This document shows positions 45,400 through 64,000 of a stretch of 64,000 bases of DNA, piece after piece (position 1 is the stretch's first letter; each line of letters starts with the position of its first letter). This DNA is from the human T2T-CHM13v2.0 reference genome, Homo sapiens. The notes beneath the pieces were generated by a model that was given only the letters and a program-made list of their open reading frames with translations, did not search any database and was not told the DNA's origin. The position numbers and the translations under genes are program-made. The DNA is taken from the NCBI RefSeq assembly GCF_009914755.1, contig NC_060936.1; one strand, given 5' to 3'.

Positions 45400-46800
45400 A
45401 GCCATGTGCGAAACAGCCAGTCCCTGCGTAATGACTCTACAAAGAAGTCCTCCTTTAACCAAGTCCTACACATATTTACAGAACTTCCAGCTGGCTTCTT
45501 GTTGTTGTTATTCCTCCCTCTTAAATGTGAATAGATAACAAACAACCACCAGATATATGAGAGAAGTCTGTAACAGTAAAGACAGTTACAAACAAATAAA
45601 AAAACGGTACACTTGGAGGAGCCAGAGACCAAGAAGAAAGATGAACAAAATTTAGATGGGAAGAGATAATGCATTCTTGAAAGAATAGTATGTTCCTTAA
45701 AAAGGGACATTCAAAGAATAAGAGCCCTTGAAAATTAAAAATGTGGTAGCATAAGCTAGAAAGCCATTCAAAGGCATGGAAAATAAAGTTAAATCTCCCA
45801 GAAAGTAACAAGACAAGAGGACAAAAAAGTAGGGATAAAAGATGAGAAAAACATAAGGTTAATACAGGATGTCCAATATTCAAGTAATAGAGATCTAGAA
45901 AGAGAAAACAGTGTTATGAAAGAAGGTATAGGGGAGATATTATCAAAGAAATAACAAAAGTAACTTTTCCAAATGTCCAGATTGAAGGCTCCTGGCACAA
46001 TGGAGGAGACAGATTTATACCAAGACAATTATCATGAATTTTGGACTTGGAGCTTAAAAGAAAATTCCAATAGTTTCCACTGAAAGAAAACTGATCACAG
46101 AGATTAGAACGGCATAGGATTCTGAATAATAACACTTGATTACAAGTGTTAGATAGAGCTAGAAAACATTGGGGGAAATGTCTTCAAAATCCCTAGGGAA
46201 AATATTTCCAATCTAGAATTTTATCCAAGCCAAAGTAACAATCAAATATGGGAGTAAAATAGGAGTATTTTCAGATATACAAAGTCTTACATTTTATATT
46301 TCTCTTGTATACTTTCTTGGAAAGCTACTAGATTATTTCCTTCACAAAAACAAGTGAAGAGGAAAGAGGAAAGCAGGAGACATGACATCCCAGAAAATGA
46401 ATAACTGAATGTATGAAACAGGTAAAAAGCAAATTCTCAAGGATAATAATGAGAGAAAATTCCAAGGAAATAGCAATGCAGCAGGCCTAGAGAATTCCAA
46501 GTTCAGATTGCAGATGGAGAATTGAAAGTGATATGTGAGGAATCTCCAAGACAAAAATAATACACTGTGATATGGATAAGAATATTGAGGAGACATTTGC
46601 CCTACCAGTGGAGAATTTGGTGATGAATTCGTGAACAATACAAAGAAAGCTAACCATATGATATAACGAGGTAATTATTAAATCTAGGGAAAATAAAAAG
46701 TTATATAAGTAAAGAATGATAAGCGCATGGTTCAGTGGTAAAAAAGATTTACATAATTATACAAATGTAAATAGTAAAAATGATTTTATAGTAGGAATTC
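45400..46800 (+). mobile_element. Degraded ancient L1/HAL1 ORF1-region remnant
   Basis: ORF1-like phrases (attatcaaagaaataac..tccagattgaa; atctagaattttatccaagccaaagtaacaatcaaatatg). Confidence 0.55.
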
Positions 46801-47247
46801 AATACATATTGTGTAACACTAATGTATAGACATATCTCAGAGACATTGCACGTTTGGTTCCAGATTGCCACAATAAAGTGAATAACACAATAAAGCAACT
46901 CACATGAATTTTTTTAATTTTCTAATGCATATAAAAGTTATGTTTGCACTATATTGTAGCCTATTAAGTGTGCAATAGCATTATGTCTGAAACACAATGT
47001 ACACACAGTAATTGAAAATGTTTTATTGCTAAAAGATGCTAACAATCATCTGAGCCTTCAGCGAGTCATCATCTTCTGCTGGTAGAGGCTTTAGCCTCCA
47101 CGCTGATGGCTGCTGGCTGATCAGGGTAGCGGCTGCTGAAGGTTGTGGGGGCTGTGGAAATTTCTTAAAATAAGACAGTGATGAAGTTTCCTGTGGCAAT
47201 TGACTCTTCCTTTCACAAAAGTTTTTTCTGTAGCACATAATGCTGTT

Positions 47248-47551
47248 GTGTTGTTGTTGTTTGTTTTTGAGACGGAGTCTCGCTATGTCGCCCAGGCTGG
47301 AGTGCAAGTGGCACGATCTCGGCGCACTGCAAGCTCTGCCTCCCGGGTTCACGCCATTCTCCTGCCTCAGCCTCCTGAGTAGCTGGGACTACAGGTGCCA
47401 ACCACCACGCCTGGCTCATTTTTTTGTGTTTTTAGTAGAGACGGGGTTTCACCGTGTTAGCCAGGATGGTCTTGATCTCCTGACCTCGTGATCCGCCCGC
47501 CTTGGCCTTTCAAAGTGCTAGGATTATAGGCGTGAGCCACCGCGCCCAGCC
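47248..47551 (-). mobile_element. AluY in Tigger1
   Basis: Y diagnostics (gcaagctc, ttcacgccattc, gttagccaggatgg); 15-bp TSD gcacataatgctgtt. Confidence 0.96.
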
Positions 47552-48326
47552 GCACATAATGCTGTTTGATAGCATTTTACCCACAGTAGAACTTCTTCCA
47601 AAATTGGAGTCAATCCTTGCAAGCCCTACTGCTGCCTTATCACCTAACTTTGTGTAATGTTCTAAAACATTAGTTGTCATTTCAACAGTTTTCACAGGCT
47701 CTTCATCAGTAGTAGATTCCATCACAGGAAGCCACATTATTTGCTTGTCCATAAACAGAAAGTCTTCATTTATTCAAGTTTTATTATGAGATTGCAGCAA
47801 TTAAGTCACATCTTCAGGTTCCATCTTAAATTCTAGTTCTCTTTCTCTTTCCACATCTGCAGTGACTTCCTCCACTAAAGTCTTGTGACTTTGTTCACTG
47901 AAATCTTGAACCCCTCAGGGTTATCTAAGAGGATTTGAGTCAACTTTTCAAAATTCCTGTTAATGTTGAGATTTTGCCCTCCTCTCCTTTTCCTAGTGGA
48001 ATGTAGAATAGTGAATTCTTTCGAGAAGGTTTTCAATTTATGTTACTTAGATCCATCAGAAGAATCACTATTTATAACAGCAATATCCTTACAAACTGTG
48101 TGTCTTACATAATAAGACTTGAAAGTCCAAGTTACTCCTGATTTGTGGCCACACAATGGATGTTGTGTTAGCAGGCATGAAAACAACATTCATCTCCATG
48201 TACATCTCCATCAGAGCTCCTGGGCAACTAGATGCATTGTCAATTAGCAGTAATATTTTGAAAAGACTTCTCCTCCCTATCTCTGAAAGTCCGAGATGGC
48301 ATCTTCTTTCAAAAGAAGGCTGTTTC

Positions 48327-48763
<437 letters not shown>

Positions 48764-49441
48764 TCATCCACATTGAAAATCTGTTATTTAGTGTAGCCAC
48801 CTTCATCAATTAACTTAGCTAGATCTTCTGGATAACTTGCTGCAGCTTCTCCATCAGCACTTGCTGCTTCACCTTGCACTTTTATGTTATAAAGACAGCT
48901 TCTTTCCTTAAACCTCATGAACCCACCTCTCTTGGCTTAAAAATTTCCTTCTGCAGCTTCCTAATCTCTCTTAACTTTCGTAGAATAGAAGAGAGAGTCT
49001 TGCTCTTCTGGCTCAAGGGAATGTTGTGGCTGGCTTAATCTTCTGTTCAGACTACTCAAACTTTCTCCATCTCAGCAATAACACTGTTTCACTTTCTAAT
49101 CATTTGTGTCTTCCTTGAAATAGCACTTTTTCCTTGTGTTCACAGCTTGGCTATTTGGTGCAAGTGGCTTAGCTTTGGGCCTATTCTGAATTTCAACTTG
49201 CCCTCCTCGCTGAGCTTAATGATTTCTAGCTTTTGATTTAAAGTGAGAAATGTGCAACTCTTTCTTTCACTTCAACACCTGAAGGCCACAATAGGGTTAT
49301 TATAATAATTGGCCTAATTTCAATATTTTTGTATCTAGGGGAATAAGGGGGCCCAAGGAAAGGGCAAAAAATGGGGCAATGGCTGGTCAGTGGAGCAGTC
49401 AGAACACACACAACATTTGTTGATTACATTCACCATCTTAA

Positions 49442-49750
49442 GACCAGCACGGTGGCTCACACCTGTAATCCCAACATTTTGAGAGTCTGAGGCAGGCGCA
49501 TTGCTTGAACCCAGGAGTTCAGGACCAGCCAGGGCAATATGGTGAAATCCTGTCTCTACCAAAAAAATATATATATATACAAAAATTAGCCAGGCATAGT
49601 GGCACATGCCTGTAGTTTCAGCCACTGGAGAGGCTGAAGTGAGAGGATCACCTGAGCCTGTGGAGGTCAAAGCTACAGTGAGTGAGATCGCACCACTACA
49701 CCCCACCTTGGGCGTCACTGTATCTCTAAAAAGAAATACATAAATAAATA
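49442..49750 (+). mobile_element. AluJ in Tigger1
   Basis: TSD tcaccatcttaa on both sides. Confidence 0.92.
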
Positions 49751-50079
49751 AATCACCATCTTAAATGGGCATAAGTTAGTGGCACATCAAAACAATTACA
49801 TTAGTAATATCAATGATCACTAATCACAGATCGCCATAACAGATACAAAAATAATGCAAAAGTTTGAAATATTGCAATAATTATCAAATATGACCCAGAC
49901 ACAAAGTGAGCACATGCTGTTGGAAAAATGATTCTAATCTTCAACGTAGGGTTGCAATAAACCTTCAATTTGTGAGAAATGTAATATCTGCAAAGTGCAA
50001 TAAAGTGAAATGCAGTAAAGCAGGGTATGCCAGGATTCAAAACTAATAGAATAACATTTAGTTAGAAATACAGAGGCAA

Positions 50080-50660
<581 letters not shown>

Positions 50661-51197
50661 AATTGGTGGCAAATACAAGAAAGAGCTAAAAGTTATAAGC
50701 ACTTGCCTCTGGAAAGCAGTAATAAGTGACAAGGGAGACCTTTTTGTCAATGTAAGCTTTTTTGTAATAGTTTTTATTTTTATGACTTTGTACATAGTTA
50801 CTTTGGTAAAAATTAAAAGAAAAATCAGCCTTCAGACTGCTCTGTCTCTTGGTGATCTGCAATTAAGCAGAATCTCATTATTAATTAGAAGTATTTACAT
50901 GGTCCTGAGAAGGGAATAATCCCAAGTTTGGGCTGGTCCTGAGAATCTTTTCACCAGACTCAACTCCACAAGAAAAGGTCCCAAATCCCCATTGTGTAAA
51001 TTGACAAAACTGACTGCTTAAGTGGAAGTGAGGCAGCCAAGAGCACCAAATAGACAGATGGAACAGAATGTGCATCTTCCCCTTCCCATTACAGTGCCCT
51101 ATGCTGTTGGAAAGCATTGCTCCTAGAGAGGAAAGTGCAACTTCATTTCCTGCAAGTGAAATTTGACCACCCAAAATTATCAGACTGGAGTACTTAC

Positions 51198-51330
51198 TGG
51201 TTCATGAGGAAATGAGGTAGTGATTTTAAGAAACAGCCTAAGCCCATAACCACACATCCAATGCCAATCATTATAGGTCTATGCAGTTTGGTTCCAAAAT
51301 AACTCACAAATATAATCAACAAAAGATTTC
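51198..51330 (-). CDS. SLCO1A2: OATP1A2 coding exon, 133 bp (GNLLLIIFVSYFG...PHFLMNQ)
   Basis: Acceptor ttttcctag|GA, donor CCA|gtaagt; phase continues from previous exon. Confidence 0.97.
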
Positions 51331-52849
51331 CTAGGAAAAAATTGAGAATAATCATTTTAAAAAGTATGAACAAAGTCTTAATTAAGAGCCTCACCCAATC
51401 ATTTACATTCTAGCATTTACTGCATAACAACTATCTTAAATACTTGGATTTGTGCTAGGGTTGCATTAAATAATAAATGAATATAACACAATCCCTGCCC
51501 CGAAGAAGGGTTCTGTTTTGCAATGTAGACAGATACAGAAACAGATATCTCTGAAACACCAACATTTACAGAGGGGAGAAGAAGAGAAGCCGGTGAAAGG
51601 GACTAAAGAATGGTTCTGGGAAATTTGGAAGGCTCTATTTGTGACTATCTAGACTTGGGAAATGAGGTTCAAAAGAAGGTGTCAGCCTGCATGTGACCTC
51701 TGGCCTCTCTCTCAATGCCTACTCCACAGAACATTATCATGTTTTCCTATGCCCAGAAAGAGAAGCAAAAGTCAAATTTAGGTAGCTGAATGTTTTGTAA
51801 CTCATTGTTTAAAAATATCTTCATTTTGGTCAACATGACCAAGACAGGGATCTATTTTTTTTCTACTTCTTTCCCTAGATCAGACAATGCAGTGAAGTAA
51901 AAATTAGTAGACCCCCACTTCTACTCAGTCTTCAGTGAGTCTGGATTTGAGGAATAAAAATGGCAATGAAAAATGTATCCGCATGTCTTAGGACGAAGCT
52001 TTAGAATAAAGAAACTAATGGGGGAAGGCCCATCTGATGGACAGATCCTTGAAGAGTGTGGAATAAAGATTTGAAAAAAACAAATATACGAATAAGTTTT
52101 TTGCAAACCATACATTTTTAATTCAGTAAATAATATCTACCTTGCCCCCACTATATATAAAGAATGCCTCTGCAATGACTCAAGATTATAAAAATTTCAA
52201 AATTTTTTTTCCTCAAGGAGTTAATAATTTTCTAAGTGGTGTATATTTTGAAAAGTTTTCTTTCCACCTGTATTTTTCTCTAGTCTGCCTTGTGTGTAGA
52301 AGATATGTCCATTTGTCCATTATTTTATATGGAGAGCGCCCCACCGCAATAACTATATCAGCCACATTGACCTCTCTAGTTTTCTAAAATCTCATCACCA
52401 AGCCCATCCGTGTTACAGGTAGTGTCTCCAGAGGCCATTGTTTGAAATCCATATCTGTTTTTTGAAAGGAGAAGAAAGGAAGAACTTTCCTTCTTCACGT
52501 AAGAGTGAGTTCATGTTTTAAACTGCCTTGCTCTGTCAGGAAATAATTGCAATGAGAAAGCATGGGAAAAGGTAAGTAATTTTTTTCAAAGGTATGGAGA
52601 ATGTTGCCTGTAAAACTGACTGGGGAAATATAAGCTAAGTGATATGTTTATTGCCTTTTGTAAATTTCACACTATTTCTAATCATCATTCTCCTCAAGCT
52701 ACCTATCACCACCCACTAGTGGTAGAAATTGTTAATATATTCTACTTTATCAAGAAATTTGGGGCAATCAAACATGAAGGCATTTGAGTTTTCCACCTGA
52801 TGGCCTTACCACGTTCCTTCAGTTTGAGAAGTTGTGGTGCCCATCTGAC

Positions 52850-54300
52850 CACCCAACACTAAACACATCACCAGGGCACTGCCATTTTCTTCAGCCACTT
52901 ACTCTAGTAATTAAAATCTCTCATATGTATTTTAAGCCTCTCTCTCTCAACTAGACTTTAGCCTACACATATTCTCTAGTTTCTCTCCAAACTTCCCAGA
53001 ACATTCATCCATATTCATAGATTCCGCTTTTCCCCCCTCCCTAATCCCCTATCGTCGCTCCTACCTTCACTGCTTCCTAGCGTCTAAATTTGTTAGTGCC
53101 CTGGCAAAGATCATCAGTTATCTCCATATTATGAAACCCAGGGAATAGTTCTTCATCCTTGTCTAACTGGATATTTCTAATGCTTTTCACACTGCTGATA
53201 CTTTTTTTTTTTTTCAAATTTCTACTCCTTTGTTTTTCATAATACCATTTTCTCCTAGTTCCCCCTCTTGTTTCTCTGACCATTCCTTCTCTTAACATAG
53301 ACTCCTTTTCTTCTACCTGTGCCTTAAATGTTTGTGCAGCTCAAGATCTATTCTTTGTCCATTGTAATTATCACCCTATATCCTCTCCCTGAATAACCTC
53401 ATAAATTCTCTCTCTAGTTTTAGCAAACGCCTACTTACTTGCTAATCAATAGCTCCAGCCCAGATAGTTCCCCAGTGCTTCAGACTCACATGACTGCAAT
53501 GTGAACATATAACTTTGTCACCAATTGTCACCAATAGAAGTTACAGATATGTTCAGATGACAATATGGCTGTTGCAAACAATTCAAAACATTGACACAAT
53601 AATTACTTTAAAATTAGTAACTTTTTAATTTAATGGGTTGATTAAAAGTACAAATATTACTATATAAAAATTTGTTTTAATATTTTGATAATTCTACTTC
53701 AATATAATTGGCTTCCTTTGCACCCATATAGTTTTTTTTATGCAATTAAAATTATTACTCCGGGATCATATGGTGTTAGAATGCTAAAAGGGTCCTGGGC
53801 ACAGAAAGGTTAATAATCCCTTCCAATCCTCAGTGACACTCCCTCACCTAGAAAATTAAAAAGTAAATGCCATAGCAGGCACACAAAGCTCTCATTAACC
53901 CATTTCTCACCCCTGCCCATTTCTGCAGGCTCACATTCCTAATCCTTTCCAACTTTATCTTGGCTAGCCAATATTATCAAGCTGAATGTTGCTTCTCACA
54001 TAGGCTATTGCACTGCATCCTTCTTAGGCTTTTTCTACTGGAATTTTCTTCACACTTGCTTAACCTCATTTCTTCTCCTAGAAAATTTTAGCTATCCTCC
54101 GAGAGTCTGGCTTCCCTAAATGAGTCTGTGTTTCTTCTGTCCCTGTAAGACCTTGTATATATCTATGCTACCAAACTTACTTCATTCAATTAATACTATT
54201 ATTATCTGCATCTCTACCTTCCGTTAGATTATGAGCTGAGTCAATTCGTGGGCTATACATGGAGTTAGTTCTAACTCTCTCACTGGGATCAGCACACAGG
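52850..54300 (+). mobile_element. L2 fragments, interrupted by a Charlie4/MER80-like hAT remnant (~53500-53822)
   Basis: L2-like C/T-rich phrases; hAT end gggtcctgggcacagaaaggttaataatccc. Confidence 0.55.
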
Positions 54301-54775
54301 TGATACAGGCTAAGATCTAAAGGAGTTGAACACTAGTAGACAAGATCAAGAATCACTTGTTTCAGTTTTGCTTCTCCTCAATCCTGATTTTTTAAATACA
54401 TTTATATTAAAGGAAATTATCACCTTGAAGAAAGTGGAAGCTATTATAAAACTAGAAAGGAGTGACACTTATATTTCTATATAACTTTTTTCATGGAAGA
54501 AATCTTCCTTTCCCCCATTCTCCCTCTCTATGGTCACATATTCCCAGTCATCCACAAAAATCAGAATCTATGAGTAGACTTTATTTTTCTCTAGAGGCTG
54601 CCTCTGAAATGAATTCAGAGAGCTATAAAAGCAGTCTTTTCTTCTCTCTGTACTTAGAAAAAAAAATTGTCAACCTCCCAGACCAAATAGCAGAAAAATA
54701 TTTGCATTTTCATTTGTAAGGCAATTTCCTTGATCTCCAACAATATCTTCTACATCTTCTAGGTCTTCTACCTTT

Positions 54776-55066
54776 TCTTTTTTTTTTTTGAGATGGAGTC
54801 TCACTCTCACCCAGGCTGGAGTGCAGTGGCAATCTCAGCTCACTGCAAGCTCCGCCTCTCGGGTTCACACCATTCTCCTGCTTCAGCCTCCCAAGTAGCT
54901 GGGACTACAGGCGCCCGCCACCATACCCGGCCAATTTGTTTGTATTTCTAGCAGAGACGGGGTTTCACCATGTTAGCCAGGATGGTCTCGATCTCCTGAC
55001 CTCGTGATCCACCCATCTCCGCCTCCCAAAGTGCTGGGAGTACAGGCATGAGCCACCTCGCCCGGC
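54776..55066 (-). mobile_element. AluY
   Basis: Y diagnostics; 14-bp TSD ggtcttctaccttt. Confidence 0.95.
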
Positions 55067-55430
55067 GGTCTTCTACCTTTGTATCTTCTAAATACAAAGA
55101 TGGAACCCTTAGTATCCCTTAGGGTTATCAAATGATATTTAAATATAAATACTGTAAATACTCTGCTACTCATGCTACATAACTAAGAAACTATTAGAAT
55201 AAAAAGAACAATGGTAGGATATGTGGCAATATTTAGGTGTTAATATGAGGTAATATTTAAATGAATTATTTCCAAGCATATTCTAAGCTTAGCTAATCAG
55301 TTAGTTTTAGAAAACTTATAACTCGGTCAGATTAAATGACCTAAAACAGCAAATAAGGAGAATAAAATTCAGACTAGCTCCACAGATAAGACAAAATACA
55401 AAAAGAAGAAATGCAAAAATAATTCATTAC

Positions 55431-55572
55431 CAATCTCAAAGCTTCCATTAATGAATCCAACTAGAGATGTTGGGATGTTGAATTGTCTCTCTATTTGTGT
55501 GAGCATGGAATTCATATAAGATCCAGACAGTGTTTTGGATACAAATGCACATGTTATTGCCAACAGAAACAT
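55431..55572 (-). CDS. SLCO1A2: OATP1A2 coding exon, 142 bp (MFLLAITCAF...NGSFEI/G)
   Basis: Acceptor ttttcctag|ATG, donor ATTG|gtaatg; ORF 55369..55572. Confidence 0.97.
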
Positions 55573-55994
55573 CTAGGAAAAAAATATAAGAAAACGTAGA
55601 AAAAATTATTTTTAAATTGTATACTTGCCGTCTGTTGACAAAATGCCTTCCACCATAAGACTGATTGTCTCCAACTTAAGTAACCTTTGAATTTGCAAGA
55701 AACTGTAAAGTGTAGTCTGCTCCTTTTGTCTGTCATACTGTGATTTCTCTCTGAAAACTCAAAGTGAGACTAATTTTGTAGGCAGTTGCAGCCTCAATAT
55801 TGTATAACATACTGGTACATACATAGAAACAAACAGTCATTCTAAGTAATACATAGCTGATAACTTAAACATGTCTTCAGAGCTACAATGATATCTAAAG
55901 TACAAAAGAATTCATACATGTACTGTAATGAAAAGAAAGAATGCAGAATTATACAAAGACATTATTTCGGTAGCAAATATACTTAAGTTCTCTC

Positions 55995-56450
55995 TGCAGG
56001 ACAATAGGTCCCCAGATTACCTTGGCCGACTCCACTCTTTCCTGTTCTTGCTTGCAATTCTTGGTCAGAAACATTCTGCATTCTCAGCAATGAGGGAAAT
56101 ATCCAGAACAATCTGAGTTATGTCCTCATTCTTCCCATAGTAGGATGCTCTGCAACCCTTGAGCTCAGCAATCCCAGTTGTGTCTAAGGCATATAAGCCC
56201 AGGACAGAGTATTTTCAGGGTTTCTCAGCTGCAGTGTAAATGGAGGACCACACAAAAATGAGACTCCATTTATTTTGGGAAGCTTTCCTGAACCTTGGAG
56301 AATCAGCTCACCTGGACCATTGGCTTCTGTTTATCCTTACTGCTTGCCTAATATATATACTATAAATTTCCATAGGTTTTATCAATCATACTTCCTATTA
56401 TTGGTATAGTTCCAGGAAACAGTGAGGTTGATGCAATCCATAACAACATC
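55995..56450 (+). mobile_element. Old ERVL-class LTR-like remnant
   Basis: cccagattaccttggccgac..catataagcccagg..agctttcctgaaccttggag; family assignment uncertain. Confidence 0.45.
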
Positions 56451-56649
56451 AGGGATGAGTTCACAGATAGAACCACTGTGATCACCAGGAGCTACTATGG
56501 TTTTACTGAAAATATGAAAAGTTAAAATTCATATTTTAAAATTAAATTTAAAAAGATAGCTTTTAGTAAGAGGTTTTAAAACAGGAGCACTGTATACTGG
56601 TAATAGTATAGTTAGGTAGATTAATTACTGCTTCAAAATGAACAAATTA

Positions 56650-58689
<2,040 letters not shown>

Positions 58690-58763
58690 CAGAATAAGTA
58701 TCAAAAACATCTTGAAGAAATCAGAGCTGAAAGTAAAATAAAATCAAATAAGATTAAATATAC

Positions 58764-58901
58764 TGTTTTCATCCATCTGGGCTGCTACAACAAAATACCC
58801 TAAGCCGAGTGGCTTATAAACAACAGAAATGTAATTCTCATAGTTCCAAAGACTGGAAAGTCCAAGAGCAAGGCACTAACAAATTTGGGTTGGCTGATGC
58901 C
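58764..58901 (-). mobile_element. MLT1A/MST-type LTR 3' fragment, cut by the MER4 insertion
   Basis: gggctgctacaacaaaatacc..ggcttataaacaacagaaat..aagtccaaga. Confidence 0.75.
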
Positions 58902-59522
58902 TGTGAACCCAAAAGTATCTGAGACAGTTCTCAATCAATTTAGAAAGTTTATTTTGCCAGGGTTAAGGATGTGGCCATAACACAGCCTCAGGAGGTCCTG
59001 ACAACATGTGCCCAAGATGGTCAGGGCACAGCTTGCTTTTATACATTTTAGAGAGACATAATACGTCAGTCAGTACATGTAAGATTTACATTGGTTTAAT
59101 CTGGAAGGGCAGGACAACCCGAAGCAGGGGGTTCCCAGTCATAGGTAGTTTTAAAGTTTTAAAATGTGCTGATTGGCAATTGGTTGGAAGAGTTATTATC
59201 AATAGAAAATAATATCTGGGTTATAATAAGGGCTTGTGGGGACCAAGGTTCTATCATGCGGATAAAGCCTCTAGGTAGCAGGCTTCAGAAACAACAGATG
59301 TAAATGTTTCTTGTCAGACTTAAAGTCTGTGTTGATGTTAGTTCTGGTTGGTTTTTTCCTGAATTCCAAAAGGGAAGAGGGTACAATGAGGCATGTCTGG
59401 CCCACCCCTCCTTCCCATCATGGCCTAAACTTGCTTTTCAGGTTAATTTTGGAATGCCTTTGGCTGAGAGGAAGGGTCCATTCAGATGGTTGGGGTCCTC
59501 AGAATTTTATTTTTGCTTTACA
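58902..59522 (-). mobile_element. MER4-family (ERV1) 3' LTR, same orientation as SLCO1A2
   Basis: TG...CA, 621 bp; abuts a polypurine tract (ttctccctcttccacc on +); minus-strand TATAAAA at 59037-59043 and AATAAA at 58948-58953. Confidence 0.88.
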
Positions 59523-62600
<3,078 letters not shown>

Positions 62601-62957
62601 TGATATGGTTTGGCTGTGTCCCCACCAAAATCTCATCTTGAATAGTAGCTCCCATAATCCCCACATGCTGTGAGAGGGACCCACTGGGAAGTAATTGGAT
62701 CATAGGGGTGGGTTTTCCCATGCTGTTCTGTGATAGTGAATAAGTCTCACAAGATCTGATGGTTTTATAAAGGGCAGTTCCCTGGCACATGCTCTCTTGC
62801 CACCATGTAAGACATGCCTTTGCTCCTCCTGCATCTTCCATCATGACTGTGAGGCTTCCCCAGCCATGTGGAACTGTGAGTTCATTAAACCTCTTTTTCT
62901 TTATAAATTACCCAGTCTCAGGTATTTTTTCACAGCAGTATGAAATGGACTAATGCA
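62601..62957 (+). mobile_element. THE1 (C/D-like) MaLR 5' LTR
   Basis: tgatatggtttggctgtgtccccacc...ggactaatgca, 357 bp. Confidence 0.93.
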
Positions 62958-64000
62958 GTAAATTGGTACAGAGAGTGGAGTGCTGCTGTAAAGATACCCA
63001 AAAATGTGGAAATGACTTTGGAACTGGGTAACAGGCAGAGGTTAGAACAGTGTGGAGGGCTCAGAAGAAAATAGGAAAATGTAGGAAAGTTTGGAGCTTC
63101 CTACAGGCTTGAAGGGCTCGGAAGACAGGAAGATGTGGGAAAGTTTGAAACTTCCTAGAGACTTGTTGAATGGCTTTGACCAAAATGCTGATAATGATAT
63201 GGACAATAAAGTCCAGACTGAGGTGTTCTCAGATGGAGATGAGGAACTTATTGGGAACTGGAGCAAAGGTGATTCTTGCTATGCTTTAGTAAAAAGACTG
63301 GCAGCATTTTGCCCCTGCACTAGAGATCAGTGGAACTTTGAACTTAAGAGACATAATTTAAGGTATCTGGTGGAAGAAATTTCAAACTAAAGCTTTCAAG
63401 AAGTGACTTGGGTGCTCTTAAGAGCATTCAGTTTTATTAATTCACAAAGATATGGTTTGAAATTGGAACTTATGTTTAAAAGGGAAGCAAAGCATGAAAG
63501 TTAGGAAAATTTGGAGACTGATGATGTGATAAAAAAGGAAAAACCCATTTTCTGAGGAGAAATTCAAGATGGCTGCAGAAACTTGCGTAAGTAATGAGAA
63601 GCCAAATGTTAATCACCCAGACAATGGGGAAAATGTCTCCCGGACATGTCAGAAGTCTCCACAGTAGCCCCTCCCATCACAGGCCCAGAGGCCTAGGAGG
63701 AAAAAAAATGGTTTTCTTGTCCAGTCTTTGGACTTGGTGCTCTGGGTCCCAGCCATGGGACCCAGAAGGAGCCAATGTACACTCAGGCCACTGCTTCAGA
63801 GGGTGCAAGTCTCAAGCTTTGGTTGGGCCTGCAGGTGCATAAAAGTAAAGAATTGAGGTTTGGGAACCTCTGCCTAGATTTCAGAGGATGTATGGAAACA
63901 CCTGGATGTCCAGGCAGAGGTATGCTGCAGAGGCAGGACCCTCATGGAGAACCTCTGCTAGGGCAGTGTGGAAGGGAAATGTAGGGTTGAAGCCCCCACA
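62958..64000 (+). mobile_element. THE1 internal region (continues beyond window)
   Basis: gtaaattggtac directly after the LTR; MaLR ORF remnant MWESLKLPRDLLNGFDQNADNDMDN..GDEELIGNWSKGDSCY. Confidence 0.93.

Noticed and set aside
63091-63390. THE1 internal ORF as a protein-coding gene
   Set aside because: Short broken remnant of the MaLR internal ORF

Overview
Human (primate) genomic DNA covering most of SLCO1A2 (OATP1A2, a 12-TM organic anion transporter) on the minus strand. Thirteen coding exons (55572 down to 6200) splice into one 1953-nt frame: 650 aa plus stop, from Met21 to the C-terminal KTKL. The first coding exon lies beyond the right edge, and a probable ~5-kb 3'UTR runs to about 1250. 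One intron is GC-AG. The introns are dense in transposable elements. The 16.7-kb intron holds a near full-length L1MA2/3-type element that hosts MER1B, two Alus and a young L1PA2-type element. That L1PA2 has its 5'UTR fused directly to ORF2 (ORF1 and the antisense promoter deleted) and keeps an uninterrupted RT-to-C-terminus frame. Elsewhere are Tigger1, MER21, LTR40-like, MER4 LTR+internal, THE1 LTR+internal, L2, MIR, MER5 and many Alus. No prokaryotic-type system, RNA gene or CRISPR array is present. The best leads are the rearranged L1PA2, an L1-tail-encoded alternative C-terminus, a sense LTR upstream of an ATG-initiated exon, and several small duplications. Repeat subfamily names are from recalled consensus sequences, not from a search.
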